DNA of 60,016 nt, taken from assembly GCA_013696745.1 (NCBI GenBank), contig JACCXZ010000133.1, positions 1 to 60,016 on the forward strand, written 5' to 3'. A program made the position numbers and the translations under genes. Positions within the stretch are counted from its first letter, which is position 1. Every line of letters begins with the position of its first letter. Below the pieces are notes generated by a model. The model was not told the DNA's origin, searched no databases, and saw only the letters and a program-made list of their open reading frames with translations. This document shows positions 40,541 through 48,512 of the stretch, one piece after another. The DNA is from Nocardioidaceae bacterium. Lineage in GTDB: Bacteria; Actinomycetota; Actinomycetes; Propionibacteriales; Nocardioidaceae.

Positions 40541-43500
40541 TCATCCGCCGGAACTCCCCGGACTGCTGTGCCACAGCTTGCGCGGTGCGGACTTGGCGTC
40601 CTCCCCGGCCGGCTTGACGTCGGCGTACGGCGACTGTCGGAAGCCGCTGGCGTGCACGAGCACCCGCCGACGCCCCATTCCGCCGCCAGTCATGTCCTGC
40701 TCGCAGACGTCGGATGCGTACCCGCCCACACCCTGACCGTTCGAGGGGCCGCCGGGCTCGGCCATGACGGGTCGACTCGAGCGGCTCTGCGCCGCTCCCT
40801 GCCCGGCCAGCTCACCGACCGTCTGACCGAATCCTTCGGGTACCTGCTCGAGGTGGACGTGCACTCCTTCGGTTCCCTCACGCTGCCAGATCTCGTGCAA
40901 CGCCGACATCTCCCAGCAGCCGGTGGCCCGCAGGGAGACCCCACGAGGGCCGGTGCGCCGGAGCTCTCCGCGCACGACCATCAGCCAGGAGTGAAAGACG
41001 GTGGCGGCGTAGGGACCCTGGGCGTCCTCGAAGAAGGTGGCATCCAGCGGTCCGGTGCCGTCGTCGAGGGTCAAGAAGACCACCCGGCGGCCGGACCGGA
41101 TCGGAGGTGTCTGGGTGGCGACCTTGACCCCTGCGACCAGCAGCGTGCTGCGGCTGCGCTGTTCCAGGAGCGCCTGCGACCGGGTCACCCCCAGTGCCTG
41201 CAGCATCGGGGTGTAGAAGTCGACGACGTGCTGGCTGACGTCGAGACCGAGGATCTCCAGCTCGGCGTGGACACGCTCGGCCGAGGTCATCTCCGGCAGG
41301 CCCGAGCGTTCAGCCTCCCCCGGTTCGTCGCCGAGGTCGAGGGTCAGCTGCACCGGTTCCGCATGCACCACGGCCGACGTCTGGGACTGTGCGGCTGCCT
41401 TGGCCCAGGTGTCGTCGGCGCCGTGCACCGCCCCACGCACCTGCGTCCGGGCCGGATCGATACCAGCCGATCTGTCCCGGCCTCGACCGGCGCGCCGTCC
41501 GGCCCGGGCGGTGGCCCTGCCCCAATGGTCGAGCTCGAGCACCTGCAGCAGCAGGTCACGCCGGGTGACCCGCCCGCGGCGGCGTACCGGGACCGCGGAG
41601 CCGATGCCGTAGATCCCGTCGAACCCACCGGCGAGCACGAGACGCTCCACCACCGGTCGTGACACCCGGGCGCGGTGCCAGAAGTCGGTGAGCGAGTGGT
41701 AGGGCTGACCACCGATGATGCGGGCGACCTCGGCGTCGGAGATGCCCTTGACGTCTGCCAGCGAGAGCCGGATGCCGTAGCCCCGGGCGTCGGGCAAGCC
41801 GCTGTCGGGTGCCGCCCGTGGGTGCTCGTCGAGCACCCGGGGCGGTGGCTCGTCGAAGCGGCCGACCCGCTCGACCCGGTAGACGTCGCGGCACTCGTTG
41901 ACGTCGAGGCCTAGCACCGCGATGCCGAAGTGGCGGGCGTCGTCGAGGATCAGCCGCTTGGGATACATGCCCGGGTCGTGGGTCAGCACCCCGGACATGA
42001 ACGCCGCGGTGTGGTGGGTCTTGAGCCAGGCCGACTGGTACGTCGGCAGGGCGAAGGCCGCGGCGTGGGCCTTGCAGAAACCGAACGACGCGAACGCCTC
42101 CAGGATGGTCCACACCTGGCCGACGACCGGCTCGGCGTAGCCACGGGCCAGTGCCCGTGGGTAGAACCAGGCCCTCGTGTCGACCTTGCCTTCCCTGTCA
42201 CCGAGGGCGCGCCGGTGCTCGTCGGCCTCGGCCAGCGTGCAGCCGGCGAAGGTCTTGATGATCTCGAGCACCTGCTCGTGGAACACGACGACCCCGCAGG
42301 TCTGGCGCAGGGTGTACTCCAGGTCGGGGTGCGGGTAGACAGGTGCTCGCCACCCCTGCCGGGCCGACAGGAACGGCGTCACCATGTCGCTCTTGACCGG
42401 TCCGGGCCGGAACAACGAGATGTCGGTGATGATGTCGTCAAAGGTCTCCGGCCCGAACTTGCCCACCAGCTCGCGTTGTCCGGGTGACTCGATCTGGAAG
42501 CAACCCAGCGTCTTGGACCGGCTGATCAGCGCGTACGTGGCAGGGTCGTCGAGCGGCACCTGGACCCGGTCGTCGAGGTCGAGCTCGACCCCCTCGGTCC
42601 GCTCGATCTCGGCGACCGCGTGGGCCATCGCCGATTGCATCCGGATGCCGAGCACGTCGAGCTTGAGCAGCCCGAGGTCCTCGACGTCCTCCTTGTCGAA
42701 CTGGCTCATCGGGAATCCGGCATAGCTGGCCTCCACCGGGGTGCGGTCCAGCAGGGTCGCATCGGACAGCAGCACCCCGCACGGGTGCAGCGCAACATGA
42801 CGGGGTAGGCCGTCGAGCCGGGTCACGAGGTCGAACAACAGCCTGAGCCGCGCCTCCCCCAGTCCGGAGGCCCGCAGCTCGGGCAGCTCCCGCAGGGCCG
42901 CATGGGCGTCGCGGGCACGGATGTGCGGGAACGCCTTGGCAATCGTGTCGATCTCACCGCCGGGCATGCCGAGCGCAGCCCCGACGTCACGGATCGCATG
43001 GCGTACCCGGTAGGTGTCCATCATCGCCACGCAGGCACACCGTGCACCGGAGTAGCGGTCGAGGATCATCTCGTAGACCTCGAGGCGGCGCGCGGACTCC
43101 ACGTCGATGTCCACGTCGGGCAGCGCCTGACGCAGCGGGGACAGGAACCGCTCCATCACCAGGTCGTGCCCGAGCGGCTCGACCCCGGAGATGCCGAGCG
43201 CGTAGTTGACCAGGCTGCCGGCGCCTGACCCACGGGCGGCGACGCGGACGCCCATGTCCCGGATCAGGTCGCAGACGTCGGCCACTGTCAGGAAGTACGA
43301 CGCGAAGCCAAGCCCGGCGATCATCCCGAGCTCGTGCTCGAGCCGGTCGTGCACGCGCAGACCGGCGGAGCTGCCGTAGCGGCGAACGATGCCGGACTCG
43401 CAGCGCTGGCGCAGGACGGCCTCGGCGGTGAGACCTACCCCACTCATTCCCCCGGCGGCTCCTGCACCGGTGACCTCGAACTCCGGGAAGTGCACCTCTC

Positions 43501-44479
43501 CGAGCCCGAGGTCGGCCTGCGGGTCGAGGGCGAGACGGTCGGCGAGGCGTCGGGTGCCCGCCAGCAGCCGCTGCGGGTCGCCGGCATCGCTGTGACCGCC
43601 CAGACCTGCCATCCGGCTGATCTCCTCGGCGACCTCCCCCATCTGCTTGCCGGACTTCAGGTGTCCCTCGGTGTTGCGCCGATCGAGGTGCCGGACGTCC
43701 AGTGGCACCAGCCGGCGGACCGCGTCGAGTACGTCGACCACGGGCGCATCGCCGGGGTCGGCGTGGCGGACGGCATTGGTGAGCACCATCCCCACACCGT
43801 GCCGGTCGGCAGTACCGGCCATGCGTGCAGCGTGGGTGCTGCTGCCGGGACCCGAACCCTGCACCCGGTGCGACACCAGCTCGACCAGCAGGTCGGGGGT
43901 GTCCACGACGTCGCGCCACCGCCGCAGCACCGCGGCCGCCAGGTCGTCGCGTCGGCGGGTCACCGCGGCACCGAGCTCGGACCCGGGGCCGAGCAGCACC
44001 ACGGCGTCACGGCCACCGAGGTGCTCCCCGACGAGGTCGAGCGTGGTCACCGGGTTGCCACGCTCGGCACGCAGGTGGGTGGCGGAGACGAGACGGCACA
44101 GACCGGCCCAGCCGTCACGGCTGCCTGCCAGGACGGTGACCCGGGGCAGCACACCAGCGACGTCACGGTGCGCACCGCCGCGAGCCGGGATGGTCCGCGG
44201 CTCACGGGCCACGGGTGCCGACGGCGCCCCGGAGCCGACCTCCAGCAGGCCGGTGGGCTCGACCGCCAGGTCGACCCCGAGGACGGGGCGGATGCCCGCC
44301 CGTAGGCACGCCTTGGCGAACCGGACCGCACCGTAGACACCGTCCCGGTCGGTCAGCGCGAGGGTGCCCATCTGCTGCTCGGCCGCCCGCTCGACCAGCA
44401 CGTGCGGGTGGGAGGCGCCGTAGCGCAGCGAGTAGCCGGAGGCGACGTGCAGGTGGACGAACGGGTCGTCGCCGATCAC
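40541..44479 (-). CDS. dnaE2: Error-prone DNA polymerase III alpha paralogue DnaE2
   Basis: 1312 aa with the N-terminal PHP motif FVHLHVASGYSLRYGAS and a polymerase core. The characteristic DnaE2 C-terminus is present (VLVHASGFRQSPYADVKPAG..PRKLWHSSPGSSGG). Confidence 0.93.
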   Translation of the reverse strand: MIGDDPFVHLHVASGYSLRYGASHPHVLVERAAEQQMGTLALTDRDGVYGAVRFAKACLRAGIRPVLGVDLAVEPTGLLEVGSGAPSAPVAREPRTIPARGGAHRDVAGVLPRVTVLAGSRDGWAGLCRLVSATHLRAERGNPVTTLDLVGEHLGGRDAVVLLGPGSELGAAVTRRRDDLAAAVLRRWRDVVDTPDLLVELVSHRVQGSGPGSSTHAARMAGTADRHGVGMVLTNAVRHADPGDAPVVDVLDAVRRLVPLDVRHLDRRNTEGHLKSGKQMGEVAEEISRMAGLGGHSDAGDPQRLLAGTRRLADRLALDPQADLGLGEVHFPEFEVTGAGAAGGMSGVGLTAEAVLRQRCESGIVRRYGSSAGLRVHDRLEHELGMIAGLGFASYFLTVADVCDLIRDMGVRVAARGSGAGSLVNYALGISGVEPLGHDLVMERFLSPLRQALPDVDIDVESARRLEVYEMILDRYSGARCACVAMMDTYRVRHAIRDVGAALGMPGGEIDTIAKAFPHIRARDAHAALRELPELRASGLGEARLRLLFDLVTRLDGLPRHVALHPCGVLLSDATLLDRTPVEASYAGFPMSQFDKEDVEDLGLLKLDVLGIRMQSAMAHAVAEIERTEGVELDLDDRVQVPLDDPATYALISRSKTLGCFQIESPGQRELVGKFGPETFDDIITDISLFRPGPVKSDMVTPFLSARQGWRAPVYPHPDLEYTLRQTCGVVVFHEQVLEIIKTFAGCTLAEADEHRRALGDREGKVDTRAWFYPRALARGYAEPVVGQVWTILEAFASFGFCKAHAAAFALPTYQSAWLKTHHTAAFMSGVLTHDPGMYPKRLILDDARHFGIAVLGLDVNECRDVYRVERVGRFDEPPPRVLDEHPRAAPDSGLPDARGYGIRLSLADVKGISDAEVARIIGGQPYHSLTDFWHRARVSRPVVERLVLAGGFDGIYGIGSAVPVRRRGRVTRRDLLLQVLELDHWGRATARAGRRAGRGRDRSAGIDPARTQVRGAVHGADDTWAKAAAQSQTSAVVHAEPVQLTLDLGDEPGEAERSGLPEMTSAERVHAELEILGLDVSQHVVDFYTPMLQALGVTRSQALLEQRSRSTLLVAGVKVATQTPPIRSGRRVVFLTLDDGTGPLDATFFEDAQGPYAATVFHSWLMVVRGELRRTGPRGVSLRATGCWEMSALHEIWQREGTEGVHVHLEQVPEGFGQTVGELAGQGAAQSRSSRPVMAEPGGPSNGQGVGGYASDVCEQDMTGGGMGRRRVLVHASGFRQSPYADVKPAGEDAKSAPRKLWHSSPGSSGG

Positions 44480-45063
44480 CGGGACTGCCCGCGGCCCGAG
44501 CCACTGAACCCCACCAGTCGTCCGACGATCCCGAGGAAGATCTCGACGTCACGCACCAGGTCGTCGGCGTCCCGGTTGCTGACTGCGTGCACGTGCCCGG
44601 CCTCGGCCGCGGCCCGCTTCGGCGCCCCGGCGGCGAAGAAGGTGGCCCACTCGGCCAGCTCCGGGGCGACCCGCTCGAGCAGCACCCAGGCGTTGCTCTG
44701 GCGGTGCATGCTCTGTGGGCGGGTCCGCACCACCAGAACCGCGGCGGTCGCACGCAGCGCAGCGACGTGAGCCGTGACGTAGCGCCGGTCGGCGTACGGC
44801 TCGACCCTCGCCTCGGACAGGGCCTGCTCAGCCCGGTCGAGGCTACGCGCTGCCTCGTGGAGACGGCCCGGAGACGGCAGTGCAGGCTGCTCGCTGCGGC
44901 TGGCGCGTGGGACGCGCTCACGTATGGTGCCTGGCGTGCTGATCGTCTGGCTTCGGCGCATGTCGCTCCCCTGTCGCTGCTGGTCGGTCCTCCAGCGCCC
45001 GGGGGAAGACGGTGCCGGTACGGCGGGTGCCGAACCGGCACGGGAGCTTCCCCACCCCCGCAC
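44476..45063 (-). CDS. HEPN-like helical protein (recalls the SAV_6107 family), translationally coupled to dnaE2
   Basis: The C-terminal half reads RRYVTAHVAALRATAAVLVVRTRP..NAWVLLERVAPELAEWATFFAAGAPKRAAAEAG..DADDLVRDVEIFLGIV. The stop overlaps the dnaE2 start by 4 nt. The true start may be the ATG at 44961. Family name is from memory. Confidence 0.7.
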   Translation of the reverse strand: MRGWGSSRAGSAPAVPAPSSPGRWRTDQQRQGSDMRRSQTISTPGTIRERVPRASRSEQPALPSPGRLHEAARSLDRAEQALSEARVEPYADRRYVTAHVAALRATAAVLVVRTRPQSMHRQSNAWVLLERVAPELAEWATFFAAGAPKRAAAEAGHVHAVSNRDADDLVRDVEIFLGIVGRLVGFSGSGRGQSR

Positions 45064-45208
45064 CGGCCCGACTGGCTGCTGCGCGGCCGGTGAGGGTCGA
45101 GGTCACGTCACGCACAGCAGGGTCCGCCACGCAAGGAGACGCTGCGAACATCACCCTGCGGTGTCCGAACAGGGTGTCGGCCACCCGGCACCGGAAGGTA
45201 CCGAGCGA

Positions 45209-45224
45209 TCGAACATTTGTTCGA
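45209..45224. promoter_or_regulatory. LexA (SOS) box, perfect TCGAAC-N4-GTTCGA
   Basis: The sequence is TCGAACATTTGTTCGA. It matches the actinobacterial/mycobacterial SOS box and lies between the divergent HEPN-like/dnaE2 string and the hydrolase gene. Confidence 0.88.
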
Positions 45225-45233
45225 ACGCTTCAT

Positions 45234-45256
45234 ACAGTACACCTCCGTGCCGACAG
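45234..45256 (-). promoter_or_regulatory. RecA-NDp-type (PafBC-type) DNA-damage promoter
   Basis: The minus strand reads cTGTCGgca-N8(cggaggtg)-TACTGT, against the described consensus tTGTCRgtg-8nt-TAnnnT. The LexA box begins 9 nt downstream. Confidence 0.7.
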
Positions 45257-45306
45257 CTGCGTCAAGGAACCAACCGCTGTGGACAACTCCGTATGGCGGC
45301 TGAGCA

Positions 45307-46206
45307 ATGCGTTGCGTCATGATCATTCGCGTGTTCGAGTCGTTCGAGGAAATCAGGGTCGCTGTTGATGACGGCGTACAGCTGAGAGTCCGCCACGGAG
45401 GCAGGGGTGAGCCGGTGGTGCTGCTGCACGGGCATCCCCGCACGCACACCACCTGGCACCGGGTCGCGCCGCTGCTGGTCACGGCCGGCCACACCGTGGT
45501 CTGCCCCGACCTGCGGGGGTACGGACAGTCCTCAACGCCGCCCACGACACCCGACCACGCCCCGTACTCCAAACGCGCCATGGCCGCCGACGTGCTGACC
45601 CTGATGCGCCAGCTGGGACACGAGCGGTTCGCCGTCGTCGGTCACGACCGAGGGAGCTACGTCGCGATGCGCCTGGCCCTCGACGCACCGGAGGCCGTGA
45701 CCCACCTCGCCGTTCTGGACAGCGTCCCGATCGCCGAGGCACTCGATCGCACCGACGCCAGGTTCGCCACGGCGTGGTGGCACTGGTTCTTCTTCGCCCA
45801 GCCCGACAAGCCCGAGCAGGCGATCCTCGCCGACCCTGACGCCTGGTACGGCGGGGACAAGACCGAAGGCATGGGTGCGGAGAACTACGCCGACTACCGC
45901 CGGGCGATCCATGACCCGGCAACGGTGCACGCGATGCTCGAGGACTATCGCGCCGGCTTGGGCCCCGACCGAGCGGCCGACGAGGCCGACCGCGCTGCCG
46001 GCCGCCGGATCACCTGCCCGACGCTGATGCTGTGGTCCACCGGTGACGATCTGGCTGATCTGCACGGCGACGTCCTGGCCATCTGGCAGCCGTGGACGAC
46101 CGACCTGAGCGGTGGCCCCATCGACAGTGGCCATCACATCGCCGAGGAAGCACCCGACGAACTGGCGGCCCGGCTCCATCAGTTCCTCGCCGCCAGCACC
46201 GCCTAG
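45307..46206 (+). CDS. Alpha/beta hydrolase, haloacetate-dehalogenase/epoxide-hydrolase-like
   Basis: 299 aa with HGHPRTHTTW, RGYGQS and a GHDRG nucleophile elbow. The start could be the ATG at 45319. Confidence 0.85.
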   Translation: MRCVMIIRVFESFEEIRVAVDDGVQLRVRHGGRGEPVVLLHGHPRTHTTWHRVAPLLVTAGHTVVCPDLRGYGQSSTPPTTPDHAPYSKRAMAADVLTLMRQLGHERFAVVGHDRGSYVAMRLALDAPEAVTHLAVLDSVPIAEALDRTDARFATAWWHWFFFAQPDKPEQAILADPDAWYGGDKTEGMGAENYADYRRAIHDPATVHAMLEDYRAGLGPDRAADEADRAAGRRITCPTLMLWSTGDDLADLHGDVLAIWQPWTTDLSGGPIDSGHHIAEEAPDELAARLHQFLAASTA

Positions 46207-46550
46207 TCCTGGCAGCCGATCAGGCGCCACTGACCCGTCGACCAGTCGAAGCTGAGGTCGAACACGCCCCGATGACCGAGCCGCCCCTGCGCTGCCTCGA
46301 CGCGCCAGATCTCACGCTCGGCCAGCAGCGCGTCCATCGACCCGCCGCCCCGGTCGGTCTGGCTCGCAATGTCCTCCGCCCCGAGCAGTGCCCGCACCTC
46401 CTCGTGCTGCCACCACGCACCGGTCTCCACCCAGTGCGAGACGATCTCGCACACCCGCCACAGCTGACCGCGCCACAGGAAGTGCGCCGGAGCCTCCCGC
46501 CGCTGCACCTGGCCCCGCTGCACCGAGACCGTGTCGTCGTACCGTCTCAT
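46203..46550 (-). CDS. Small conserved hypothetical protein (possibly DUF6504-like), damage-regulated
   Basis: 115 aa from the ATG at 46550 (MRRYDDTVSVQRGQVQRREAPAHFLWRGQLWRVCEIVSHWVETGAWWQ). SD is GGGAGGTGG. Family name is from memory only. Confidence 0.65.
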   Translation of the reverse strand: MRRYDDTVSVQRGQVQRREAPAHFLWRGQLWRVCEIVSHWVETGAWWQHEEVRALLGAEDIASQTDRGGGSMDALLAEREIWRVEAAQGRLGHRGVFDLSFDWSTGQWRLIGCQD

Positions 46551-46571
46551 CGGCACCACCTCCCGAGTGGA

Positions 46572-46587
46572 TCGAACACGCGTTCGA
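46572..46587. promoter_or_regulatory. LexA (SOS) box, perfect TCGAAC-N4-GTTCGA, inside a 34-nt palindrome
   Basis: The box is TCGAACACGCGTTCGA, flanked by CCGAGTGG and CCACTCGG (palindrome 46563..46596). It lies 22 nt upstream of the 46550 start. Confidence 0.88.
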
Positions 46588-46598
46588 CCCACTCGGAG

Positions 46599-46621
46599 AC
46601 GCTACACCTCTCCACCGACAG
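46599..46621 (-). promoter_or_regulatory. RecA-NDp-type (PafBC-type) DNA-damage promoter
   Basis: The minus strand reads cTGTCGgtg-N8(gagaggtg)-TAGCGT, an exact fit to tTGTCRgtg-8nt-TAnnnT. It sits immediately after the TopIB stop. Confidence 0.78.
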
Positions 46622-46624
46622 TGA

Positions 46625-47623
46625 TCACTCGCGCAGCAGCCGCAGCACCGCCCGCTCGAGTCGTGCCTGTCGCTCGTCCGGCGTAGGGGCGCGCTGCACC
46701 TTCGCCACCGCGGCTGCGATGGTGCGCCCGCTCTCGTAGCGCTCGATCACGCGGGGGTCGACGTAGGAGGCGCGGGCCACGGTGGGGGTGTTGCCCAGGT
46801 GCTCTGCCACGTCCTTCATCGCAGCGGAGATCTCCCGCTTGCGCGCGGTCCTGCTCTGCGCCGGCCGGCCGGCGAGCGAGACCGCGGCGTGCACGGTGCC
46901 GTGCCAGGTGCGGAAGTCCTTGGCCGAGACGTCGCAGCCGAGGATCACCTTGAGCTGGTCGTTGACCTGTCCAGCGGTCAGGTCACGCCAGCTGCGGCCC
47001 TGCCGGTAGGCCAGCAGGACCTCGCCACCCCGTCGCCGGCGTAGCGACTCGACGGCCTCGATCACTGTCTCGTCGGCGATCTCGATGCTCTGCGTCACTC
47101 CTGACTTCGCCGTGAACGTGAACACCAACAGGCCGCCGCGCCGGCGTACGTGTTCACGACGCAACGTGGTAAGGCCATAGCTGCCGTTGCTCGAGGCGTA
47201 GGTGTCGCTGCCGATCCGGAAGTAGCCGAGATCCAGCAAGCGGAAGGCTGTCGCGACCGCGTACGGCAGGTCCCGCGTGCGGGAGGCCAGGATGTCCGCG
47301 ACCGCGAGACGCGCCTCTGGCAGACGCCGCGCCACCCCTAGCACCTGGGCATGCTTGATGCGGTCGCGCTGGACGCGCCAGTCCGGGTGGTAGAGGTACT
47401 GGAGTCGTCCGGCGGCGTCGATTCCGGTCGCCTGCACGTGCCCGTTCGGGTACCGACAGATCCAGACGTCGCGCCAGGCCGGAGGGATGACCAGGGCCTT
47501 GACGCGCTCGACGTGCTCGACCGACAGCCGCTCAGCACGCTCGTCGAGGTACGTGAAGCCCCGACCGCTGCGGCGACGAGTCCAGCCCACGTCGGAGACT
47601 GAGACGGTACGCAGGCGGGCCAC
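46625..47623 (-). CDS. Bacterial type IB DNA topoisomerase (poxvirus-like)
   Basis: 332 aa with FTYLDERAERL, a conserved core (KDFRTWHGTV) and an active-site Tyr context (ARASYVDPRV). Confidence 0.85.
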   Translation of the reverse strand: MARLRTVSVSDVGWTRRRSGRGFTYLDERAERLSVEHVERVKALVIPPAWRDVWICRYPNGHVQATGIDAAGRLQYLYHPDWRVQRDRIKHAQVLGVARRLPEARLAVADILASRTRDLPYAVATAFRLLDLGYFRIGSDTYASSNGSYGLTTLRREHVRRRGGLLVFTFTAKSGVTQSIEIADETVIEAVESLRRRRGGEVLLAYRQGRSWRDLTAGQVNDQLKVILGCDVSAKDFRTWHGTVHAAVSLAGRPAQSRTARKREISAAMKDVAEHLGNTPTVARASYVDPRVIERYESGRTIAAAVAKVQRAPTPDERQARLERAVLRLLRE

Positions 47624-47698
47624 CCGGACGACGCTACGACGGGTGGCGCCGATCGGCAGGTCGGTGTGTCATGCGTCGACCGGTCGGTCCCCTGCCTG

Positions 47699-47778
47699 AA
47701 CTTCCCATGGCACCTTGTCACTGCCCATGGGAGACAACCCATGGGCAGTGCGGTTTCCCAGGGGACCCTGGTAAACCG
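47699..47778. repeat. 80-nt double-hairpin repeat element, copy 2 (divergent TopIB / YbaK-like intergenic region)
   Basis: Hairpin 1 (47719..47750) has the same perfect 13-bp stem as copy 1 but a different loop (AGACAA versus TTGCGT). A CCAGG-GGAC-CCTGG hairpin follows. Confidence 0.85.
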
Positions 47779-47965
47779 TTCGGGTCCGCGGTGCAGTTTT
47801 GCCGTTTTGGGTCCGTCGTGCAGTCACCCAATCGGCGGCACCCGGAGCCGGCGCAGTGCCACCTCGACGCCGCCACTACGGTCTCACCATGCCCTCGACC
47901 AGCAGATCCATCTCCGTTGCCACCTGCACGTACGCTGGGTTCGCCCTCACCGAGGGGCATCAGCA

Positions 47966-48445
47966 ATGAACGAGGTGGCCCAGCATCCACGCGTGATGAC
48001 CGTGGTAGCCGAGCTGGAACAACTCGGTGCTGCCGGTGCGGTGCGCATCCTGGACGGCTCGGCCCGCACGGCGGCGCAGGCCGCCGAGCAGCTCGGATGC
48101 ACGGTCGGTGCCATCGTCAACAGTTTGGTCTTCGAGGCTGACGGGGAGGCGCTGCTCGTGCTGACGTCGGGGGCACACCGGGTCGACACCGACCGCGTGG
48201 CCGCGCACGTGGGCGTCGAGACCTTGGGTCGCGCCGACGCGGACTTCGTGCGCAACCACACAGGTTTCGCCATCGGCGGCGTCTCCCCGGTCGGGCACCC
48301 CGGCGCCCTGCGCACACTGGTCGACCGCACGCTGGCCGAGCACGAGACCATCTGGGCCGCCGCCGGGCATCCGCAGGCGGTCTTCCCCACGACGTACGAC
48401 GAGCTGGTGCACATCACCGGCGGCGAGCCGGCCGACGTCGGCTGA
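47966..48445 (+). CDS. YbaK/EbsC-type aminoacyl-tRNA editing (deacylase) domain protein
   Basis: 159 aa from the ATG at 47966, with TAAQAAEQLGCTVGAIVNSLVF and GGVSPVGH motifs. The upstream part of the ORF was rejected. Confidence 0.85.
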   Translation: MNEVAQHPRVMTVVAELEQLGAAGAVRILDGSARTAAQAAEQLGCTVGAIVNSLVFEADGEALLVLTSGAHRVDTDRVAAHVGVETLGRADADFVRNHTGFAIGGVSPVGHPGALRTLVDRTLAEHETIWAAAGHPQAVFPTTYDELVHITGGEPADVG

Positions 48446-48468
48446 CGCCACGAGCGACCGGGTCCGCC

Positions 48469-48512
48469 CAGGTCAGAGATCTGAGGAGCTCAGGTCAGGG
48501 ATCTGAGGGGCT
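48469..48512. repeat. Tandem 22-nt duplication across the tricorn stop codon
   Basis: CAGGTCAGAGATCTGAGGAGCT followed by CAGGTCAGGGATCTGAGGGGCT, with 20 of 22 positions identical. Confidence 0.85.

Noticed and set aside
39693-40574. 293-aa minus-strand ORF overlapping the methyltransferase
   Set aside because: It is an alternative frame with Ser/Arg/Pro/Trp-rich nonsense. The 39727..40536 frame carries the SAM-binding motif.
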